Positions 24,901-36,539 of a stretch of 64,000 nt of DNA are shown here, piece after piece (within the stretch, counting starts at the first letter, position 1; each line of letters starts with the position of its first letter). Both the position numbers and the translations under genes were made by a program. The stretch lies in NCBI GenBank assembly GCA_965178125.1, contig OZ237745.1, positions 310,001-374,000 of the forward strand, given 5' to 3'. The DNA is from Bilabrum cf. latius (lineage: Eukaryota). Below the pieces are notes generated by a model. It was given only the letters and a program-made list of their open reading frames with translations. It ran no database searches and had not been told where the DNA came from.

Positions 24901-26874
24901 GTATGGGTACCATTTGGATCTAGCAACATCTGTTGCCGATGATACACGATAGTACAGGGGGAAGGCTGAGTACTCGTATAAGGTAGCAACCGGTAGCGGT
25001 GCCGCTGCCGGGTAGCTGACCCGGATGGACCTGCAAACAGCAGCTGTTGCGTCAAAGGCAATGGACAAAAACTTGAATGGGGGCCTTCTAGCGGTGGATA
25101 ACTACTTTAAATCGGCTCCACTGTGTGATTGGGCCACCAGCAAAGGCCTTCGGGTTGTTGGCACGCTTCGCCAAGGCAAAGTGAGCGGTGAGCTGTACCA
25201 CGCGATTGGCAAGCTGAACAGACGAACCCCAGGCGAACGCGGGCAGGCTGTGAAGCGCGCTCCTCCTGGGTCCAGCAAAGTCTCTTCATGTCATGTAATA
25301 GCTGATGATGTTTTTGATGCGAGTGAGCTTCCTGCGGGATCGCTGCTGGCCGAAGAGGACCTTGGCAGTCGGGGCCTGTTGAGCCCTGGCCAGACAGTAG
25401 CCTTTGACTCGCCAGTTGATTCAGCTTCTGGGATGCAAGTTTTTGGATACTGTGACCGCGCATCATTTCTTATGGCTTCTAACATTCCTACGAAGTACTT
25501 TGTTCGGTTGGTAAAGAAGCTACGGAAAGATGGTGGCGAACTGAGTGTGGTGAACGCGCCCCTCGTGTCCGTCCTCTACAACAAGTACATGGGGGGTGTG
25601 CATCTAGCTGACAAGTTCCGGACGCAACTTTCGCTAACAAATGCATTCCAGGGAAAGAATAGGGCATACTTAAGAGTGTGGGAAGGTTTAATGGAGCAAG
25701 TTATCGTCAATACGTACATCATCTGGGTCAACTTGGAGGCACGTCGACTGCTACGCCACGGACCCAGTCGTCGGCAAGCTGCTGGAGCTAGCAACGAATC
25801 CGTTCAGGAACAGGTTTAGCACATGGTGCTGCATCGACAAGCTCATGTTATGTTTGTGCAGCTGTTGTATGACGAATTGATGCGTCCTTACCGACATGCA
25901 CGTGCAGGAACTCGCGGTGCTGCAACCTCAGCTGGGATGCGTGCGGAGGCGACCCCCGGGAACCTTGGATGTAGAAAGCAGCACACGGTAGCTACGCTGC
26001 TGGGCTCGCTCCATTTGATTGGAAAGGAGTAGTTGCAAGCAGGACTGATTAAATTTCTCAGTAGCGGACGATCAAAGAACCGTCGAGTGGGGTGCAGCGC
26101 CAAGTGCAAGGACTCCAGATGCAGCAAGCGGCAGCATCATTAGTCAGTTTCTTCCTATAAAGTGTGTTCACGCTGCTGCAAGTTCATTTGTGGGGATTGT
26201 AAAGAATCTATGTATCATCTGGAAACAGGATTTGGCTGTGATGTGGATATAGTTGATATTAATGCCAAGTAAATGGATGCGCAAGAATCGGGTCACGAAG
26301 CACGTCATTCATGGCAGGTCCACATTCGATTCAATATCTTGTAAACCGTTCGGTAACTTTTTCGCGCTAAGACTTATATATAATATAACTACCAATTAAT
26401 TCAAAAAAGCTTGTTTATTTCTCAAGCATGCCTGCTTGGACAAACTTCTGCAGTATCAAAGTAGCCCTTCCTGAAAATCGAGCGTATGGTTTCATGACCA
26501 CCAAGTATACTATTCTCGCAAGCTCATCAATGAGTAACTCTCGCAATCGATAGTTAACTTATACAATTTTCAATATTTTGATATTATTTTAGGATTACTT
26601 GAATGGTACGCGAGAATCGGTAAGGTGAACTCATGGTACCGATATCGGCGATACCGGTCGGTCGGCCAAATCCGACCTTTCACGGCGCCGGGTACCCTCC
26701 TTGCACTGGCACGATCTTGTTTCCGTAGCTGTAATCGATCGGAGTCGTGTTGATATCGTAGACCCTCAAGTCGGCGAACCATCGGGTCTCGGAAGTGGGC
26801 AACGTGTAGTCGATCCGTGTTAGGGATTCGCCGTTAATGCACGGAATAAGCGCGATTGCCGCGAGAAGCGCCAT
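18916..26874 (-). CDS. Type I cell-surface protein (signal peptide, beta-propeller-like region, P/S/T linker, Cys-rich module, SEA-like domain, TM helix), interrupted by a transposon at 22796-26691
   Basis: N-terminus MALLAAIALIPCING at 26874 rejoins in frame (QGGY|YLTINIP) after removing the element plus one GTAC (3,900 bp). Downstream ORFs share the frame, broken only by TAG, and end TGA 18916. Motifs LLVGDLLPGTGG / ISDINPGTGG, TCLDGETSGSESDIDCG..C..C, TM VGVIVTIVVLVWAVAAAAGYYF, ETDAKG repeats in the tail. Confidence 0.75.
22796..26691 (+). mobile_element. piggyBac-like DNA transposon, 3,896 bp, 18-bp perfect TIRs, GTAC target-site duplication
   Basis: ccggcgccgtgaaaggtc (22796-22813) is the exact reverse complement of 26674-26691; GTAC flanks both sides (22792-22795, 26692-26695); AT-richer interior carrying a piggyBac-type transposase. 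Confidence 0.9.
23733..26272 (+). pseudogene. Degenerate piggyBac-family (PGBD-like) transposase
   Basis: Motifs SIAVDEMMV, MPNKPTSHGFKLW, AVDNYF, GTLR, YNKYMGGVHLAD and a C-terminal Cys-rich domain ending TAA 26270-26272. Apparent frameshift near 24450-24470, in-frame TAA at 24530, and the third catalytic Asp (GGVD) replaced by His. 5' end approximate. Confidence 0.8.
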
Positions 26875-27354
26875 CACAGATGCTCAACTCTTTTGACTCA
26901 AGCTTCGCGTTGCTATATGAATCTGTATCAGCGGCCGGCAGGCTTCATGATAGATGCGCGCTACTTTCCGACTTTAGGCGTAAGGTTCGTTCGTTCGATC
27001 GTTCGTTTGAGAACAATCACAAACTATAAGAGCTCCCCCGACACGTGTCACGGGTGATGCGCAGGACCACTCAAGGATCCTCGACTTATATCTTGAAGAG
27101 ATCGAGGAGGGCTGCAGCGAAGGCCAAACGGGCGCTCGTCAGGGCGGTTTGGGACGACTTTGCCAGCCCGGCTGTTGGGGCAGCCGGAAAAGAACAACCT
27201 CGCCACGGCGGTCGCCAATGTCAAGGCAGGGTTGGACCGGAACGGGCAGTAGGACGGGGTGCCGGCAGCGGGCACCGGAGGGAACGTGAACGCTGACGCT
27301 CCCCAGGGGCAGAAGGGTCCTCAGGATGGAGCTTTGGTGGTTTAGGCCATTGCA

Positions 27355-27436
27355 GCTGAAGTGTGATGCCTAGTAGGTCCTGGGCCTTCGTTCCAGATGT
27401 GGTTTTGCGGTAGCGTGCCATTTTGAGTTGAACACA
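27355..27436. repeat. Dispersed repeat A, copy 2
   Basis: Similar to 3460-3535. Confidence 0.65.
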
Positions 27437-28040
27437 ATATATGGGTCAGACTGGCCGGACGAGAGCGCACTACAGATACGACGAAGAGAGAGCGGAACAG
27501 CAACAGGAAGCCACAGATGTGGCACCTGCAGGTGTAGTGGCACATGCCGCAGCACTCGCAGCAGTCGTTGAACAGGCCGAATCTGAAGAAGCCGACCAGC
27601 AGCAGAGAGAAATGCCGGTTGCACTCAATCCGCAGAGCACAGCCCAAGGTGGAGCGGCAGCAGCTGCTGGTCCTGGTGTAGCACCTCCTCAAGAGATCGA
27701 GCCAAAGGATCTAGTAGGTCCAGCTGCACCACAACCTCACCACAGCGGGGTATATGTGTTGCTGGATCATCCTGCCGATCAAAAAAGGTCAGAGTGCTCC
27801 ACCTCGCTCTCTTGTCGCATACGGCTGTCGCGCCGCATCCGACTTTTCTGTATCTGCCGATCCTTCCGATGACGGCATTCGGATAGGGGATTGTAGCCTC
27901 TTCTAGACTACCCTCCATCCTATCCCGAACCCCTCCGGGCCCCACCGCCCCCTGTCCACATTCCTGCCCTGTCTGCGCCTCCCGCTTCATCCACCCCGTC
28001 CACTTTGTCCACTTTTCCTCTATTTTCCCCACCCGGCTTC

Positions 28041-28138
28041 TCCTTCACCTCAGTCACGCCACACGACTTGTCGATTCGCCCGAGCGCTGTGCCCAGCGCG
28101 CGACCTAAGACTTAGAGGTGGAAGCCCCTCACACACAA
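28041..28138. repeat. Dispersed repeat B, copy 1 (inverted relative to copy 2)
   Basis: Reverse complement matches 39855-39951 (ttgtgtgtgaggggcttccac..ctaag..aggtcgcgcgctgggcacagcgct..gcga.tcgacaagtcgtgtggc); weaker purine-rich similarity extends beyond. Confidence 0.8.
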
Positions 28139-28363
28139 GAGATTCAGGTTGGACGAAGGTCCGGTGCGAGATCTCGAAGGCGGCGATTCTGAGCCCATTT
28201 AGACCCATGACTATGCTGTTACCCGGAGCTTTCCCGGAACGTTCTTGATCGACCGGAGCTTGAGGCATAATCTCGAATCAACTGCACCAAAGGGCAACCA
28301 CAATAAAACAGCGCAAGGAGATTGTGAATAGGATCGATTTCCAGTAGATTTGCATTGTGCATA

Positions 28364-31300
28364 ATGTAGGTAAGAAGATGGTATGATTTCGATCTGCAAT
28401 TACTGGTAGTACTGCTCGATTTCTGGAGCACTCAGTATCTCCGCAACTAGCTATGAGCAGCCCATGTATGCGATTGATACTGTGATTATTTTTCGCAGAC
28501 CACCCGGATATCGTATGATGATAGTAGTTGGAAGCCATCTGAGCTCCCACTGCAAGGCTTCTGGCCGTAGATGTGGGCAATGCTGCGTCTTGCAGTTCTG
28601 CGAAAGCTCCGCGCACCGGCAGCTACCTTGGTTTCGACAGTGTTTCCCGTCATTATCTTCCTGGGGATATCCGCGTCCATGAATTTTTAGTTTCCAGAGT
28701 AGACTGAGGAAGAATCTGTCCCTTTGAGCACTGAATCGCACTGGGCTGCGGCCGCTGTAGCCCAAGCGGTTGGTTCAGCACTCAACAGGTCGGCAGCCGA
28801 CCAGAGTTTCAGGATCACCGACAGCGAAGCCATGCTGGCAGCCCTACATCCTCTAGTAGGAGTTTTTGACCAAACTGTTACCTCCGGCAGTACTCCTGTG
28901 GATCCAGGCATGCAGGGCATACTGTCCTCCAGCCTCTTCCCCGCCCTGCCCGCCGGCGCATCACTGGGTGCTCTCTCGAGGAATGTCGGTGGCATCGGCC
29001 AAGACTTTGAGAGGGCATTCAACCAGTCTTTACAGCTGCAGCAAGCAGGCCAGGACTCCCTACCGTTTGGCTCTCTCTCTTCGCCCCCCTACAAGTGGCC
29101 CGGACCCGATGGCTCCCCCATCGTGCTGGTCGCACCCATGACAGACAGGAAGGACATCGCGCGACTCGCGCCGGGGTCCGCAGCGACGCATCCAGATCCA
29201 GACGGGTATCAGCCTTCATCAGCTGCAAGCGGGTCAGGCGATGCAGGAAGCTCCCTCAGTGATGCTCAGCTTGCCGCACTGCAGGCAGCCTCGAGGAGAT
29301 GTGCTGCCACCGTGGCACAGGCACTGGGTGCCAGTGTGGATCGCGCGAGAGCAAGCCGGGATGCGGCTCTCGAGTAGTGCCAGCAAGCGATGGCTACGGG
29401 TGGTGCTGCTCCAAGTGGCGAATGCTCGGCAGTCTTTCGGTCTCAGCCACTGCCCCGCGGCCCAGACACGGTCGTTCTTGTGGGTAGCCTACCTGCGGCC
29501 CGTGACATGGCAGAAGGACTCAAGACCATTCGAGGCAGACTGCTGAGAGAAGGCGCTGTGCTGACCATTGTAGGAGTGGGTCCTTGCAGCGGCGGGGCAC
29601 TGCTTGCTGGCCCGTCTTCCGTGGGCAACCTAAGCTTGGTTGTCAACGCGTCGGTCGACACTGACAGCCTGCCAACTGGGGGCCAATGCCCCAATTCAAT
29701 TCGGGAGAGTGCTGGATCAGGTATTAGCTCCAGTGACGACGAATATATGCGAGTGGAGAGTGCCTGCTGGCCAACTAGTCCCGAGGCAGCCGCAGATCTT
29801 GCTCTAGCAAAACATGCCGGTATGTCGCCTGCAGAGGCTGATTCCATGCGATACGCTACCAGTATGGCTTGGAATGCTATCGGTGGGAACGATACACACG
29901 CACTTGTAAACACCACGCGAGCAGTGCACTCGCTGTGCTCAGGAAACAGCAGCGCGTGGAGCCAGCAGAAGGCAGACATCTGCAGCTCGTTGGTGCAGAG
30001 CCTTGCGTCACAGGAGACCGGGCATGCATCCACCTCTGACGGTATCCAGCAGAGCACAGCGGCAGCCCCCATGCTACCCATCCGTCTGTATATCAACGAG
30101 TCCTTTGGGTATTCGCTTGATCTGACGAGCATCGCCGACCGGCCAGACGCGCGGCTGCCTGAGCTAGACTGGAAGCAGCAGCAAGGAACACGGCAGTTTG
30201 CTGCTTCATACACGACCGGGGCCTTGCAGGTCCTTCAATGGATCGGCAGTGAGCATTTCCGAGCAATAACTCGTTGGGTCACTGCTGGCAGTGGTGGAGA
30301 TGCAAGTGCCAGGGCACAGCGACTGTTTGATGCTGTGCAGCCACACAAGGTCATGGACGGCCTTGATGGGGCAAGTTCGATCGGCTTTGTTCGGATGCCA
30401 TCTGTAATGCAAGGATCTGGCGGATCCAAAGACCTGTACGAGCCTCCACAATCGATGGAGATATCTCTAGGACTACCCTTTGCCTTTGCGATTTAGGCCT
30501 TCCTTGTGTCCCTGATCATAAGCCTCGCGAAAGAGGCAAGCGAGGGGCACCGTGATCACTTAGCAGTGTTGGGGCTATCATCGTCTGCGTATCACTTTAG
30601 CTGGCTGGTTGTCAGTCTCTTGCATGGGCTGCTCCCGGCTGCGCTCTGTGCAGGAGGTGCCATGCTGACCAACGTTGTGGGCGGAGCCGGTTTCTTCCTT
30701 ATTTTCGTGCTGTTCGCGTGCTTCGTGTTCGCCGGGTTGGCATTCAACGCCTTCCTGATCACGGCACTGCAGAAGACGGCAAACCCACAGGCAGTCGGCC
30801 CGGCACTTGGCCTGCTGCCAATCTTCTTCATCGGGGTGTGGGCCGCCATCGTGCAGCTGACTGATGGCCCCGTTGCGAGAACGATCGTGTCCGTGCTGCT
30901 TCCCTATGGCGGGGTCTTCTCGGGCATGTACATTTTCGTGATCATTCCCGAGTCCGAGGGCGGAAGAGCACCCACCTGGGGGGATTTCTGGAGCTACGAT
31001 GAAGGCGAGACTCTGCTGGGATATGCCGTGGTGAGCATGCTCGCCAGCGGGGTGTTGTATACGGCTGGGTCGCTCATTATCAGCCACTTCTGGTACGTGG
31101 CCAATGTATCCCCGGAGGTGAATACCGCCAGCAGCGCCTCGTCTGATGGTGGTGCCACCGGTAAGGCCCTGCTTGGCCGCGACGACGCGCTGTTTGAAGC
31201 TGTACCGCGCTCTCAAGACAAAGACTGCTTGCGGGTGAAAGGACTGTCGAAGGCCTACAGCGCGGGCGGAACACCATGGGTGCTCTCTAGCGCAGCAAAT

Positions 31301-34300
31301 GGAGCGGCTCGAGCCATCGGATCCAGCGCCCAATTTGGATCCATGAGCGAGCAGCACCTGAGCCAGGCGCAGCGCGATGCCCTGAAGCGATTTTGCGACG
31401 GAACAGTGACCGATGCAGAGGTGAGGCAGTTCAATGATGCGCTGCATGCGTCTCAGCTGGGACTCGGGGACTGCTTTGGCGAATACTCGAACCGGAAGCT
31501 CGCCGTGGCTGGTGTGGATTTACAGCTGCGACGCGGCGAGATCACTGCACTGCTGGGGCACAACGGGAGCGGCAAGACCACCACATAGAAGATCATCACA
31601 GGCCAGCTGCCTCCCACTGCAGGTGAGATCAGCTATTTTGGCGTGCGCATGTCTGCATAGAATGCTAGTCAGATCCGAAGGGAGCTCGGCGTGTGTCCTC
31701 AGCAAAACGTGGTGTTCGACGAGATGACCGCAGCTGAGCACCTGCAGTTCATTGCCGAGATCAAGGGGCCCGAATGGGTCGTACGGGCAGACCCGAAGGT
31801 GAAACAAGCGCAGAAGGCCGTCCGAGAAGGCACGGCGGGACACTCCACCGGTGGAGAGAATGCTCATCAGGCCCTGCAAAAGGCCATCCAAGAGGCCCTG
31901 GAGAAAGAAATCGAGCACAGGCTGCACCAAGTCACCTTATCAGATCGTGATGACGGCTACACGAAGCTGGTGGGCACTTTTAGCGGCGGGATGAAACGGA
32001 AGCTGTGCATCGCCATGGCGCTGCTCGGTGGTCCCGAGGTGCTGACCATCGATGAGGGCACGAGCGGAGTGGATCCTGCCAGCAAGCGCAAGCTGTGGGA
32101 CCTGCTGCTTCGCGAGAAGCATGGCCGCGTGGTGTTGATCACCACGCATGCCATGGATGAGGCGGAGCAGATCAGCAACCGTGTGACGATCATGAGACGC
32201 GGTAGGCTGTTTGCGGAGGGTAAGCCGTTGTTCCTTCGCGTGAACCCCAAGTTCTCCGAGGGCTTCACGCTGTCTGTGAGACTGCCTAAGCTGGACGGTG
32301 CCGGCAAGGTGGGAGGACCTGGCGAGAGGCACGCAGGCGCTGCAACTAGCCGTGACAGCGCGGTGGGTGCCCGATTTAAGAATGTGGACGAGTTGTCAAG
32401 CATGGGCTGGTCGTAGTTAGACCGTGCTGTCCGAAGAGCGCTGCCATCGGCACGTCCTGTAGAGCGTTCGAAGTCGGGTGCTACTGCGTCTATGTCCTCT
32501 TAGAAGGGCTCTTCTAGAGACTACGTGCTTCCTTTCGAGGACAAAGCTGAATTCCCGGCTCTGTTCAGCATGCTGGAGAAGTCGATTCAGACCTCAAGTG
32601 GAGGAACTTCTTCGTCCAGCCTCACCTGCATTGATGGGTCGAACGAACTGGTGCTTCCCGCAGGCACTGACCTGCGCCTGCAGCACACCACCCTGGAGCA
32701 AGTATTCGTTCGAGTCTCGGAGATGTCAGAGGTGCCACACATCAACGATGACGGTGGCAAAGGTGATGCGGCACATCGGGGTACATATACAGCGAGCCGG
32801 TCTGCCAATGGTATTGCACCAGCCCCACCATCCGGCTCAATGACAGAGTCCCAGGTTGCACCCTCTTCCCTGGACCAGCCAAACCACGGCTTCGACAGCA
32901 AGCCAGCAGCTGGCTGGAGCAAAGAGCAGCATGAGGTCGTTGAACAGGCAGGCATGAGCTCATCAGGCGACAGCCACTCACCAGTGCTCAGGCACATCAA
33001 GGCCAACCTGAATCGAACCAGGCAGTACCAGGCGATGCTGTACATCAGGTACCTGAAGTACACGACTCAGTTCGAGCTGATGTTTTGGATCGTGCTGTTC
33101 CCATCGCTGATGCTGATAAGTGGGATTCTCATGATGTGGCTGCTCAACAGCCCCGGCCAAGAGCCAACGACGATCACCATCGACCCGTTCTAGGCACATG
33201 GCGGCGCTGGGTCTGGTGTGCTGCTGGCTCCAGTGGGGACAAGTCTAGGACAGCAGAGCGAGCTGTCATTGGACACCACCAGGGATCTGGTCGCGTGGTA
33301 CAGCCAGTCGGGACAGCCAACGGAGGAGGGCCTGCTTGGGAACGTCTCTGCAAGTGGCTTGGAGGAGCTGCAGCGCTATGCACGCGGAGCTGAGTCTGCG
33401 GCAATCGACCCTTTGCTTCTCCGGCCCGAAGAAGGGCTTGCCCCATTCTCCGCCATGCTCTCGGCATGCGGGCTACTCGGGCTGACTGGCCGGGGAGTCG
33501 GGACTGGAGACACGTCTACTTTCGCTGCATCGGCTGCAGGAATCGGTTTGCCCTCCTGGGGCTGCCAGGCCCTGGCCCTGCAGCTGTCGCTTGCCGGCGA
33601 GTGGAATGATGTGACGACCCCGGCTGCAAATGTCACTGCAAGAGGAGCGTCTGCGGGCAGCTGGCTCCAGGTGATCAACCAGGACACCGTGGATGAGACA
33701 GGCACTCAGCAGCAGCCCATGCTGGCGATGGTCCCAAGCGCCGACAAGGTACTGCTGAATTCTGCAATCCGATTCACGTTGAGCTCACCTCTGCGCCCAG
33801 GCAACCTGACAGAGGACAACGCTTCCCAGCTGCAGCCGTTCGGCCTGAGCCTCGATGCACCCGCGAGGCTCGGTACAGGCATCATGTGGGACGGCAACAG
33901 CTCTGATATAAATGTTTGGGATCGCCAGCGCGCACTTGCCTTCAACGCATCTTTGCCATTCGTTCTGTTTGCTGCAGTGCTTGCCGAACACCACGCGGCG
34001 GTATCGATTGCGCTGGGTGCGTTTCAGCAGCACGGGATGCGGCTGGAGATCGCCCAGGAGGAGCAGGTGTTCGACTTAAGCTCGCTTCAGAGCTTCGTCA
34101 TCCCGCTTCTGATCGGCGGCGCTTTCACGAGTCTGCTGCAATCGGGCGCGTTTTTGCTTGTAGCAGACCAGGAGAAAGGGATCATTCAGAAACTGAAGTC
34201 ACTCGGGCTGGACGGCACGTCGTATTGGACAGGCCTTTACCTCGGCGACTTGCTGCAAACCCTCCCAGCCATAGTTGTGCTGGTCATTAGCATTCTCGCA

Positions 34301-36229
34301 TTTGACCTCAGTGTGCTTGGCGGGCCCAAGCTGCTTGGCTTGGTGGTGCTGCTGGTGCTTTACAGCATCTCTGTGTCATCCCTTTTCTACCTCATGGTGA
34401 CCTTCATCCCGAAGCAAGAGATTGCGGGTGGAGTCATCCCGATCGTGAATCTCGTGTTCGGGCTGGGTCTCTTCTCTGCGTTCCAGCTGCTCGCTGGTGA
34501 AGATGCTGATACTGAGCTGCTTGACACGATCGCCGATTCTCTGCTGTGGATGCCGATATTCGGATTTTACCGCGGTGTGGAGGTGCTGGTGTCTTTGGAC
34601 GACTCCGTGCGATCGCTTGGTACCTTGGACCCGACAGTGGCGCATGTGTTCCGTTGGGACATTGGTCTTGCCAAGGTGATCGTTGGTCAGATATGCGCGG
34701 CACTGGCTTGTGCCTTGGCATTGGTGGTCGTGTGGAACTGGGAGATGATCCATGCCTCCAACGATCGCTCGCGGGTTGCTGAGGTGGTCAACTGGGTGAG
34801 AACTGCCGGCGACAAGCAACAAGAGGCTGCGGAGAGCTCGGCAGCGATCGAGCGAATCAAGAAGGACAAGGGAACCATTGCAATCCAAGACGCCTGGCGG
34901 GTTGTGCAGTCAGGCGAGGAGTCCGCCCATGACGAGTCCACCTCGACAAGGCCTGCAGCTGGGGCCGCCCGTGACTCGAACGGAATCCAAGGTCCGCAGT
35001 TGGGGTCGCACGACAAGGTGATTTTGCAGGGATGCAACCTAGCGGTAAAGCGAGGAGAAGCTGTCAGCGTGGTGGGGCCTTCTGGTGCAGGCAAGACCAC
35101 CATGATCAACCTGCTCAGCGGCTAGGGACACCCGCAAGCAGGCGAGGCCTGGATCGATGGGGCGCCCGTGGGGTCGGAGTCCAACCGCGGCAGCCTCGGG
35201 ATGTGCCCGCAGGACGATCCATTGTACAACACGGTGACTCCTCGCCAGCACTTCCACATCTTTGCCATGATCAAGGGGATGCCCACTGAGGAGGTGGAGG
35301 CAACAATCGAGGCCCTTGCCAAGCCCATCGATCTAGAGCAGCACCTGGACACTCCCGCAGATCAGCTGTCCGGGGGCAACAAGAGGAAGCTGGGCCTGGC
35401 GTCGGCGTTATTTGGCCTACCGCCGGCGATCGTGGCCGACGAGGTGTCGACAGGGGTGGATCCAGGAGCGCGCAGGGGCATCTGGGGGCTGATCGCTCGG
35501 TGCAGGCAGGGCTCCAGCATGGTGTGGTCGACCCACTCCATGGAGGAGGCTGAGGCCACGGGAGACCGCGTGCTGATCATGGCCAAGGGGAAGACGCTGG
35601 CCCTTGATACCCCTCAGAGGCTGGTGCAAACGCTGGGTCGCGGCCTGCTTGTGGATGTGGAGGTAGCCGAGCAAACTGCGGCTAGCTCGGGCTAGTCGAC
35701 TGGTAGCTCGGGTGCAGCTGGCGCGGATGGTAGAGCTACAGATTCCCTAGGGGACGAATCCTTGTCGCAAGCGGAGAAGGGGCACGGTGCCGTGGCACTC
35801 GCAGGGCAGCCGGGGGGTGGTGGTCCTCGCACCGCCAACATGACGCAGCGTGTAGATGACGTTCTGTCCGAAATACGCAGGCGAGTCGAGCAGCTTACAC
35901 CACCACGGATGGAAGAGCATATGTCAAATGGGTCTGCGAGGGATGGCGCCGGGTCGAACGGCAGCCCTCCCAGCGGTGCGTCCTGGCAGGTTGAGGTGCT
36001 GGAGAGGACTGGCGGATCCCTGCGTCTGCTGATCCAGGGCAAGCATGCTCAACCGGATGGAGCGAGTGCATCAGGGCATGAACAGTCACTTTGCTCCGAT
36101 ACAATACCGCTCTCGGCGGCCTTTGATCTCTTGCTGCGGGTGCAGCAGAGCCAACCTGCCGTGACGCATTTCTCGATCGGACAGCCAACGCTTGAGCAGG
36201 TGTTCTTGCGGCTGGTCAAGGAGGAATGA
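28364..36229 (+). CDS. Full-size ABCA-subfamily transporter, copy 1 (~2,578 aa; exons 28364-28369 and 28499-36229)
   Basis: All fragments 28724-36229 share one frame, broken only by TAG; ends TGA. TMD-NBD-TMD-NBD with GHNGSGKTT, GVCPQ, FSGGMKRKL, IDEGTSGVD, TTHAMDEAE, TTLEQVF; GPSGAGKTT, GMCPQ, LSGGNKRKL, ADEVSTGVD, STHSMEEAE, QPTLEQVFL. The 6-nt first exon plus GTAAGA donor is mirrored in copy 2. Confidence 0.9.
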
Positions 36230-36539
36230 ATGTACCTTTGGAGCGCGGCCTTGCTAGATCTACTACTCATCAGGATCCGTGGATGCGGTTCTGCCCGTGC
36301 CTTGTCTATTATCGCATGGGATTGCGCCGTGCCGCTACATGGAGTAGCCATCTCGAATTCGATACTTGGGATTCGACAGAGGACGATCTAGCGTATGGAA
36401 GCCACATGTGCATTCTAAGTTTAAATCAAATCAAACTTGGTCGCGGGAGCCAAGGGATTGACATGAATCAGCCCAATGCTCTCCACAGCCGCAGCGGTTA
36501 TGAACCTGCAAGGTGCACCTGGCTGCAACTGTACCGCGC

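Noticed and set aside
27045-27872. Ala/Gln/Glu-rich plus-strand ORFs
   Set aside because: No recognisable domain, embedded among dispersed repeats; cannot support a gene call.
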